Assembly: GCF_001194135.2 (NCBI RefSeq)
Contig: NC_068993.1
Span: 12,021,260-12,085,259 of the forward strand
Direction of reading: 5' to 3'
Length of the DNA stretch: 64,000 nucleotides
Source: Octopus bimaculoides
Taxonomy: Eukaryota
Under the pieces are notes generated by a model that was given only the letters and a program-made list of their open reading frames with translations, was not told where the DNA came from and searched no databases. How positions within the stretch are numbered: the first letter of the stretch is position 1; every line of letters begins with the position of its first letter. The translations under genes and the position numbers were made by a program. Below are positions 54,330 to 64,000 of this stretch, piece after piece.

Positions 54330-54630
54330 GTTCAGTAGTTTTATTTTTATAACGTGCTTTCACTTCACTACCGAGCACAGCTCAGTGTGCCTTGGGTATG
54401 TGCTGTGGTTTGCTGTGGTGCTCTTATGTTTACTGTATTGAAAGTGTTTTGCGTAGGATGTGTGCAGTGCCCAGTAGTGCAATTTTCTGTATGTTATATA
54501 TATTTGTAAGTCCTGGTGTTTTTGTTATGTATTTGTCTGAATATTTTTTTATTATACCTAAGGCACCTACTATGATATGAATTGTTTCTGTTTTTAGATT
54601 CCACATTCGAGTTACCTCTATTTCCAGGTC

Positions 54631-54632
<2 letters not shown>
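54330..54632 (-). mobile_element. 5'-truncated RLE-type LINE (subfamily B) flanked by (TAA)n on both sides
   Basis: Uninterrupted KDLEIEVTRMWNLKTETIHIIVGALGIIKKYSDKYITKTPGLTNIYNIQKIALLGTAHILRKTLSIQ* plus a 3' UTR homologous to 1441-1545; (TTA)n at about 54298-54329 and 54633-54683. Confidence 0.95.
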
Positions 54633-54684
<52 letters not shown>

Positions 54685-57199
54685 GGAAGTGGCCAATAAA
54701 ATACCTTATAGGTCCAGCAAATAATCTGCCGTGTCTTTCTTTTAACTCGTCGGCTTTGTTATTCATCTTGTTAGGGTCGAGAAAGTGAGTGTCCTAATTG
54801 GGTCCATATGATATACTGATCCCCACCTGAATCGTCCAAGGATATTTGTTGCAGACAGCCATTATTAGATGCCAAAGTTCATAGTGTCGTGTCTAAATCT
54901 ATACCCACCATTTGGCTATGTTATTGAATACTCACCATTTTGGAGTTTGTCTTTCCTATTTTCCAATCTAAATAAAATATGTACCAGTTACGTACCGAGG
55001 TTTAATTTAATCATCCTATTGTGTTAGCGGTCTTTTTTTATGTATCTTTAATATGTGTGAATGATGCTGGGCGGCCTCTTTGTTATATCTTATATTTAAT
55101 TAATTCTTTTCTTTCTATTCTATTATAAATTTTGTATATATTAAAAAAGAAAATATCTTAAATTTTCATTCGAACTAATAAGGAAAAAGGTGTCTGTAAG
55201 CATAAATAAAACATAATTAAAACATGAAATTCTTTAATTTCATCTAACGCTTTGCTACTAGAAAGCGAAAGTATAGTATAGACTAGCGTATCAGACATGA
55301 AATTAAATACCATTTGGAACTCTAATAAATAGGTTATTTGATCGATAAATCTTATTGATTTCATTCGAAATTCAGCAATATTACCAAAGTTATATTGATT
55401 TTGATTTTCATCTGACATTTCACCTGCGCTCAATGTTATAATTTGGCGAAAGTTTCTAGTCAGTTCACTCTAACTCTGGCTAATTTCTTATTCTGACAAA
55501 TTTGTCTCGATATTGAAATAAATATAGATTTTTCTATACATAATTATATGGACAGTGTCGGCGAGTGGTACAAAGTGGGATGTGTTTTCCTAGAAGCCGA
55601 GATTACAAGGAAACAGTTTCGATGTCGTGTTGAAGTCGTTTCGCTTCATTTACGTTAATAATAACCTCGGAAATTATATCAAATTAAGACTCTATCAATT
55701 TTTTTTGTCTTTAAATGTAAACATGTAAATTGAAAATTTTGCCGTTAATATTTTGTGGCAAGTTGTTGAAGGCTATAAAATAATGAGCATGATAACAGCC
55801 ACCGTAGTCAGTGATGTACTTTCCGCCCTAGGTCGAAACTATTTCACTGAACTAGCGTTAATATGGCTCATGAGGAAATTAAGGCAACTATGATGACGAT
55901 GATATTTATGTGTGTGTGTATGCATTTGTGTGTGTTTGTGCGTGTATTTGAGTATGTGTTTGTGTGTGTCTATGCATCAAAGGAGATAGGCAACCGAGTT
56001 AAGGGCTATTTTTAGCAGTCTCTTTCTCCTCCATATTTACTATAATGTTGATTTTTCTACAGCCTGTCAACAAAGAAGTATGTATTTCTGGTTTACACTA
56101 TAGAGATTCAAACATACCTTTACATACAATGCTATAATTTTCTGTCAACAAAGCAATGTCAATCATTTTAGAGAATTTAACTTCAGATTATATCAGTAAC
56201 AGTACTTCAGAGGTGGTCAAATTCTCACACTAGCAAACAAGTCAACATTAGAGTTTTACATCCATTCGTCGTAAAGAAAGGGAAATAGGGTCGGCAAAGC
56301 ATTTTCTCTAAATGATTTCACGATTCTGCCGTTGGCCTGTCTTCATGTTTAATGATAATGATAGAAGCAATTGCTAAAATACAACAAGTTGAATTTAGAT
56401 TTTCATATAACGCAACTAATCGAATTTTTACTGAAGAATCAGACATTTCGGGTCTGATTTGAACTCAAAACACTAATGAACATAACTAATGACTAAAAGA
56501 AATCTGTTCATAATTTTTGAGGTCCTACCATTTCTGGTTAAAAACAATAAAACAAAATATGAAAACTCAATGTTATTTCTTTGCAGACTTTTCTGAACAA
56601 AATATTAAACTAATGATTTCTCCCGGGATTCCTTTAGTTCAAACTTTAGTATCGATCATTTGTCTATGAGATAAACATACTGGAAAAAAGAAAAGAAAGA
56701 AATCTCGCTATTGTGAAAACAATATATTCATATTGGCACAAAGTCGTAAGACATATGAAAGCATGCAGTCCATTAAATCAACTAAAATTCTATATGGTAT
56801 TTCTTACAGTAATAGAATGATATTCGAAATATTAGTAATATTATTATCTGCAATAAAACTACTACTGTAATATTAGCTTTTTTTTTATTAGCCAAAAAGC
56901 CTGGAGAACATAAAGAAACATAAAATGAAACGTTAAACTGGTGGTTGGGTACTACTAACAAATTCAGGTTGCATCTGACGCAGACGTGCAACAAAAACCT
57001 TATAAATTATATATAAAAGAACGAATAAGAAACTTACAACACAGAGAAATATATCCAGACATAAAAAAGAAATAATATAAAATAATAATTAATGCAATTT
57101 GCTTAAAGATTAAATCACCACGTATATTATTCAAATTAGTCCATGCTCCTGACTATATGTCCTCTGCTTTTCTTCTGGTATAGAAACCCACGCACTTAG

Positions 57200-57760
57200 C
57201 TGCAGAATTCTTGTGACATTGTGAGCAAGGTATTGTGAATGTCATGAAATTATCCCTCTACAAAATTTATAATTTGGGCTGTCATATTTTGTCCTTTATT
57301 TGAGGTTTCAAATCTGATACCATACACTTCGTAATTGGGTTGGCTATATACCTTGAGTATACTGTGTAAGATTATCAGTAGAACTTTGTTATATTGGTGT
57401 ATGAAAGCTAATGCCATTTTGTTTCATCTCGTATAACATTAGTCCTCCATTAAAAGATATATGTTTTTTCACAGTGGATACATTTTTCCGTTGCAACAAG
57501 TTATCATACGCTACAGGTTTTTGATTTTTTCATTTGTTTTTATTTTACTTTGACCAAATCTTCTTAAACCATTTATACCCGTAAGTTCCCACCATCACAA
57601 GTGCATAGGATGATGGAGAAATGATAGTAATCCTTAGTTTTGCTGATCTGGTTTCTGTAGGTTGCACTACTCTTCTTTGCCATGGCGCGTTATGTAGGGT
57701 GTTAAATTACATCTCAAATTCCATGAGTTCCTATTTTTGTTTTGCCGGATTAGTTGTGAA
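57200..57760 (-). mobile_element. Possible Penelope-like RT C-terminus / GIY-YIG relic
   Basis: Minus strand NKGQ...FTIPCSQCHKN resembles the PLE Y.I.C..C...YIG segment; highly decayed. Confidence 0.3.
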
Positions 57761-57878
57761 GCAATATTTTACATGAGATATTGCAGCCACATGTAAAACA
57801 GATTGTTCGTTAACCTTGTATACTGAGCATAGGCTTCTGATTATACTCTATGGCTAATAGTTCTAATAATGCCTTTCT

Positions 57879-57919
<41 letters not shown>

Positions 57920-57923
<4 letters not shown>

Positions 57924-58086
57924 GTAGGACTTTATTTAGTTTCTGTCTACCAAATCCGCATACAATTTATTGGTCGGTCCGAGGATATAGTAGAAGACAT
58001 TTACCCAAGGTGCCACGCAGTGGGACTGAAGCCGGAACCATGTGGCTGGTAATCAAGCTACTTACCAAAGAGCCACCGTTGCGCCT
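57920..58086 (-). mobile_element. SINE family A, 5' half (clearest tRNA head)
   Basis: Minus strand caggcgcaacggTGGCTCTTTGGTAAG...GGCTTCAGTCCC actgcgtggCACCTTGGGTAAATGT: A-box-like, B-box-like and CORE-like segments; abuts (TA)n. Confidence 0.85.
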
Positions 58087-58693
58087 GCAAGAATAAATCT
58101 AAGCTTATTACTATAATAATGTTTACAATACTACTTATTAGTGTTATAATACTATTAATTCTAGTAATTTATTCGGGACGAAGGAAAGATCATTCGAAAT
58201 CAAAACTTCAAGAAACGTCGGAATATGATTCCCCTCTAACTTGCTCAATGTTATATACAATTCATCATATACGAACATCTGCCAAACTACTGAAATAATA
58301 ATGATCATTAATGAGTAGCAGCTTATATTATTTTCATACCCCTTCTGAATATCAAAATACACATATAAGAGGGTATATGCACATTAATGTGTTAGTACGA
58401 GTCTGTGTGTGTATCATCGTGTGTGTCTGAACATGTGTGTCTGAGCATGTGTGTCTGAGCATGTGTGTATAAACTAAGAAACAAATATAAACATTTAATA
58501 ACGTATATTAGTATTATTTATAATTCGTTTATTTTCCAATACCATATTCACACGATATCAATGGAAATTTTATAAATATAATACTCAATGCATAAATATG
58601 CATTTATGGATTTATGTGTGTGTGTTTGTAATTATATAAATATGTATACATACATACATACATGCATACATATATATATGATATATATATGAT

Positions 58694-58727
<34 letters not shown>

Positions 58728-59179
58728 TATATATATATATANNNNNNNNNNNNNNNNNNNNNNNNNNNNNNNNNNNNNNNNNNNNNNNNNNNNNNNNNNN
58801 NNNNNNNNNNNNNNNNNNNNNNNNNNNNNNNNNNNNNNNNNNNNNNNNNNNNNNNNNNNNNNNNNNNNNNNNNNNNNNNNNNNNNNNNNNNNNNNNNNNN
58901 NNNNNNNNNNNNNNNNNNNNNNNNNNNNNNNNNNNNNNNNNNNNNCATTACGACAGCTGTAATGCTCATTAATAGACACAGTGCGTCTGCAAGTTTTTAA
59001 TATAGTCGATCATAGGCAAATATTTTAGTAATATTCTTTGACTATCAATCAATATGTGGGCATGTGCAAACATATTAGTAATCCGTTGGTAACGAATTCA
59101 CGTTTTTCTGTATATTAAAATCTTGTATATCATTTCTGTAAGCGACTTGTATGAGAGAACATGAGACAGTACGAAGTAG

Positions 59180-59305
59180 TATGTATGGTAGTCCAAATCG
59201 GTTATACAATGTATTTGGGTATCTTTTCAAAACATTGTCTGGTTTAAAAAGCCACATCAGATGGCATGATGGTTCTAAGGTGTACGTACAGGATGGGGCC
59301 AAACT
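59180..59305 (+). mobile_element. RTE-like LINE extreme 3' end (C2H2-like finger) before a (GATA)n tail
   Basis: NVFGYLFKTLSGLKSHIRWH resembles the terminal C..CG..F.S..GL.SH.R.H finger of RTE ORFs. Confidence 0.45.
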
Positions 59306-59309
59306 CTGC

Positions 59310-59357
59310 ATAGATAGATAGATAGATACATAGATAGATAGATAGATAGATAGATAT

Positions 59358-59413
<56 letters not shown>
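59310..59413. repeat. (GATA)n microsatellite
   Basis: Seen directly. Confidence 0.95.
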
Positions 59414-59415
<2 letters not shown>

Positions 59416-60319
59416 TTTTATGAATTCCCTGGAAATTGCTGTTCGTTCAGGCCTGGGCACTGCTGGAGAACGCAAACCAATGAAATCACGAATAAGAGAC
59501 ATGTTATTTGGCATTTGTGCGCATTATCATTCAATGCCTGTCCCCAATTCGTTGACTATTGCTTTTTTTCTACTATATACCTGATGTCTTAAATATCTAC
59601 GCCAAGAAATGTTAGTGGCGAAAAATCAGATGAACGTAGATGGCCTTCTACTGAAAGTCTTCCCCGAATCCCATTGTTTGGCAGAATAACTACCAAATAA
59701 GTACTTATATTAATACCGTAATGTGTGATGTCCAAACTTGCCAGAAATAAAACTGCACATATTAGAACACTACATGTTCAAGTAAAAGTAACGAATCACA
59801 TTATCTCCAAAAGGGAACGTTTCAATATAATCCTATTCGTGATAAACTGCAAAATGACTTATCTGCATGTAAAATATTGTAATTTTCCGTATTTCTCAGA
59901 TACCCAGAATATGCAGTAGAAAGTGGCAAATACGGCCTGATTATTCAAATATAGCCTTATCTTTCCAAATAATCTTCCTGGCAGCTGTTTTCATCTTTTG
60001 CACATCTATCCAGGCTTCTATCAAATAACTCCATTCAATTTCATAGAAATCAAGGATTATTCTGGGAATGTAATATCTCTAAATAAATTGATTCAGTATA
60101 AAATGGAAGCTTGGTTTTAAAATTCTTCTCTCCAGATTACACTGCAGTCTAGATTTTCATGAGCAATGGCAAAACGCTTAGAGAACCCTCTTGCGCTGTG
60201 AGGTCCTCATCGAACTCTCCGACTTCTAGCGAAAGTCTACTGCGAAAAATCTTGATAGATCCACCAGCTTCCAAATTATCTGTAATTCGAATGAAGTTGA
60301 GTAAAGGATGCGAATCATT

Positions 60320-60547
60320 TAATATGTGTTTTCTTGAAAGGATGGTAAGGTTTGTTTTGCTTCACGTCATAAAACCACAATGACAGGAAAGGTTTTCATT
60401 GAGAGGATCAGCGTTTTGCCAATTTGCCAGCGGAACCAACTTACAGCACGGTGGTCCCGAAGCAGGAGTCGACTTTGCCCAAGTCTTTGAACAGAAGTGG
60501 AGTAGGAGACTGGCACCAGGTCCTGCATTCCGATGCTTTGGTTTCCC

Positions 60548-60550
<3 letters not shown>
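60320..60550 (-). mobile_element. RTE-like LINE 3' end relic
   Basis: Across frameshifts: WETKASECRTW (WE..A.DR..W), LRDHRAV and CHCGFMT*SKTNLTI..RKH (terminal finger). Confidence 0.5.
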
Positions 60551-60582
<32 letters not shown>

Positions 60583-61499
60583 AATGTGTTTGTGTGTGTG
60601 TCTGAATACTTATGGTCATGAGAACACGAATGTTCATGTGAATCTGCGCTATGTGTTGATATACTTAAAATAATTCTCCACATCAACGTGATAATATGTA
60701 TGAAAATATAAGAAGAAATAGACACATTCACACACACGCACAGATTCACGCACACGCACATACACTCACATATATAGACACAAGCATAGATATGTGTATA
60801 TTTGCCCTTGTCAGTTCATGTGCGCCTATGCTTGTGTAACATTTATGTGAATGTGTGCGCGTGTGTGCATCTGCACATGAAAATTATGACAGTCGTCACT
60901 GAGACATGAATTGTATGTATCAGAGCTCATTGCTTGCAAAGTTAAAATGACTGTGAAATGATATAACTCACAACACATGATCTGTCTCTTCACATATTTC
61001 ACTTGGCATTGATATGTCTTTTCTGCTGTCAATAAATTAATGTTAGTTTGATTCGTTTACAAGACTATGAGAATCCATATTTCAGACTTTGAACAATTCG
61101 CAAGACGCAAGGAAAATTAATACAATCGTTAGGTTGGAGATGGAAAATTGAACATATAAATATACCTATTTCGAGGATTGATAGATGTACTAATATTTAG
61201 AAAGGTAAGATATCTTTTTATTTCTCACTTTCTCTGTCTCTGTCCTTTACTCGATACAGAGAACAGTACCGTACTTCTTAGATCAGATGTATATGTGGAG
61301 TGTGAGCCATTACAAATTAGCTTATATGTAGACCGTTTATGATAATAGATCAAAATTTAGAATTGCATACATAAGACTAGAAATAGTCAGAAGATAAATT
61401 CAGGCCACTAATAAATATTCGAAAATGTACGTTTCTCCCGGCTGGGCCCCGGTATCGTTCTTTTTTAAATTGCCGTAACTTAGCCGTTCTATAATTAAG

Positions 61500-61625
61500 T
61501 CAGACAGAGTAAGCACTAGACTTGAAAATATGCATTAAATTTGGTTTCTTTGACATAAACACTTAATGGTGGTGTCCCGGTATAACTGCTGTCCAGTGTC
61601 TTAGACAAGAAAATAATAAAATTGG
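61500..61625 (+). mobile_element. SINE family A, degenerate 3' end
   Basis: cttaatggtggtgtcccggtataactgctgtcc...gacaagaaaataataaaa resembles 14420-14490. Confidence 0.4.
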
Positions 61626-61854
61626 AGAATCATCTACTTATGTTCTAGCTTTCTTATATGAATAGACAGTTGAGGAAGATGCTTCGCTAGAATTAAAGGG
61701 GTTACACACTTTATTACAGGTATTAATATCCATGCTTTTCCTTTGGATATCACAAGTAACGGAGAGAGAAAACGCTGGCATGTATCTCCAGGCGCACCAT
61801 ACTCTGCGTTTGGTCCTTCTTCATGAAATTTCCACGTGTGTGCTATAGAAGCCC

Positions 61855-62040
61855 AGTTAAACGGCTAAGTCGTTATAGCGTCGGGCTCACAATCATGAGG
61901 TACTGAGTTCGACTCCCGGACCAGACTGTGTATTGTGTTCTTGAGCAAGACACTTTATTTCATGTTGTTCCTGCTCATTCAGCAGTAGAAATGCGTTGGG
62001 ACATATCTGGTGCCAAGCTGTATCGGCCTTTGCCTTTCTT
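61855..62040 (+). mobile_element. SINE family B, 5' half with tRNA-like head
   Basis: tagcgtcgggctcacaatcatgaggtactGAGTTCGACTCCcgg (B box) followed by CORE-like tgtgttcttgagcaagacac. Confidence 0.75.
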
Positions 62041-64000
62041 TTTATTCAACATATTCCCTTTTCAGATTCACACCCTAATTGCAGCAGTTCTTCAGTTTGC
62101 CTAAGTCGCTAAATAGTATTTTCGGAAAGTTGTGTTTCTAACAAAGCCTCTTGCTATAACCATAAAGGTGACGAATTTTTCAGCACCCACTTGTCTCTGT
62201 ATATGTATATGCATGCAAACATACATACATATATTCATACATACATACATACACACTCACACACACAAGCACCCACATTTAGTATGTATGTATGTATGTA
62301 GGTATGTATAAAATCTGAATGTAAGTAAATTTCTATGTAATATAGTATACCTGCTAAAGCAGCGCCCAAATTTCACTAGAACAGAAAATGGGCCGTTGTA
62401 TAACGGTTTCTATGATGTTCCCTAAAGGATGTGATTATCAAAAATAAAAAAAAATAATAATAAAATAAAATAAATACATAAATAAAAATTATGATCATTG
62501 ATCTACAAACAACAGCATCATTATCACTATCGCCAACAACGGCATTACGTAGCACACTTTCTAGTGATACCTGTTTAAACTGAATAGTTTCACGGCGCCT
62601 TAGCGTCTTTAGATGCACAATGGCGAGATGTGAGATTCATTGTGTAGTATGTGATGTTTTCTTGAAGAGGTCCTTAGTGTCGCCATCTATAGTGTCTATG
62701 TCTGTATCGTTCCAATCCTATACTAAAAAAAAAACATGATACAGTTGATTTTGAAACGAATATTAGTAGCATTTATATTGTCACTATTAAAAGAATTCAC
62801 TTACGTTGTTTTTGACGAATTATTATTGCTATTTTTTGCTTATGTTGATGCTACTGCTGTTGCTGATGTTTCTACTCTAGTAAGGCTGTTGTTGTCGTTG
62901 TTGTTGTTGTGTTTTAGTGCCTAAATACCTGTCCTGAAGTAGCTCTCGTTTTAACCCGTTACAATATTTGCTTTATGTTATGTTAGTTGGATTCGTTTTG
63001 TTTATTTTGTTACTGTTGCGAAAGAGAGGAGGGAAAGAGATTTGCATGCACGCACGCACACACACACACACACACGCAAACACACACGCACGCAAACACA
63101 CATACACACACACGCACACACCTCTCACACAAATAAATATATAATTGTGTGCGTGTGTGTGTGTGTATAGATTATATAGGCATACATATAAAAAATAAAG
63201 ATACATATATANNNNNNNNNNNNNNNNNNNNNNNNNNNNNNNNNNNNNNNNNNNNNNNNNNNNNNNNNNNNNNNNNNNNNNNNNNNNNNNNNNNNNNNNN
63301 NNNNNNNNNNNNNNNNNNNNNNNNNNNNNNNNNNNNNNNNNNNNNNNNNNNNNNNNNNNNNNNNNNNNNNNNNNNNNNNNNNNNNNNNNNNNNNNNNNNN
63401 NNNNNNNNNNNNNNNNNNNNNNNNNNNNNNNNNNNNNNNNNNNNNNNNNNNNNNNNNNNNNNNNNNNNNNNNNNNNNNNNNNNNNNNNNNNNNNNNNNNN
63501 NNNNNNNNNNNNNNNNNNNNNNNNNNNNNNNNNNNNNNNNNNNNNNNNNNNNNNNNNNTGTGCATATTTTCTATTCAGGAGTACACATACGGAAAAAAAT
63601 GTTGTTCTTTGTTATTTATTTATGGCGAGTAGGCAGAAATGCTCTCAGACCACGGTAACGATAATAGTAACGATGTGTGATGATAATGGTTCTTGTTATA
63701 GCTGAAGATAACAGCTTTCTTCGTTGGAGAGGAAAAAATACAATGCAAATTTCTTTCTATTGAAAATATTTGCACAAATAACTGTAATAATTTTTACGCC
63801 CACCGATAGGACAACGGCATTAACATATATAATGGCAATATAAAAAAAACGGAAAGGAATTGACGATATTAAATCTTAACAAGAAAATGTGAAAATGTTT
63901 GCAACAGCTGTGACAGGTATGTAGAATAGGAATACATAAGAATTGTATTATAATAGTAAAATATAGAAAACTCACGAGACATATCTGTGCAAAAATATTA

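Noticed and set aside
55555-55640. tRNA-like A/B boxes
   Set aside because: No cloverleaf; at best a decayed SINE head, not a tRNA gene.
58418-58467. 14-bp tandem repeat (tgtgtgtctgagca)x3
   Set aside because: Ordinary microsatellite-derived minisatellite with no spacers; not CRISPR-like.
62680-62695. cgccatctatag, CTCF-like
   Set aside because: Only the first 9 nt fit; the GTGG end of the motif is missing.

Overview
Eukaryotic, AT-rich, repeat-dense draft scaffold with 18 N-gaps (about 6.6 kb, about 10%), nearly all flanked by (TA)n/(CA)n/(TC)n microsatellites. The SINE families and microsatellite load resemble octopus (coleoid cephalopod) genomes; this is recognition from memory, not a database result. 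I found no protein-coding gene, rRNA, tRNA or CRISPR array I can identify with confidence. The long ORFs in the track are artefacts of N-runs and microsatellites. What the sequence does support is a decayed mobile-element landscape: four copies of RLE-type non-LTR retrotransposons (R4/Dong-like, two tied to (TAA)n tracts), three mariner relics, several RTE-LINE fragments, about a dozen tRNA-derived SINE pieces from three families, a Helitron Rep fragment, Penelope-like ends, and two fold-back/MITE-like palindromes. The most interesting signals are a minimal hammerhead-ribozyme-like fold with a non-canonical core (43106-43142, minus strand), a LINE 3' end bracketed by (TAA)n on both sides, a palindrome carrying mirrored Pbx-Hox/TALE/CCAAT-type motifs, and a few unverified candidate exons. 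No novel biological system can be claimed from sequence alone. Element boundaries were estimated by eye (about +/-20-50 bp unless stated).
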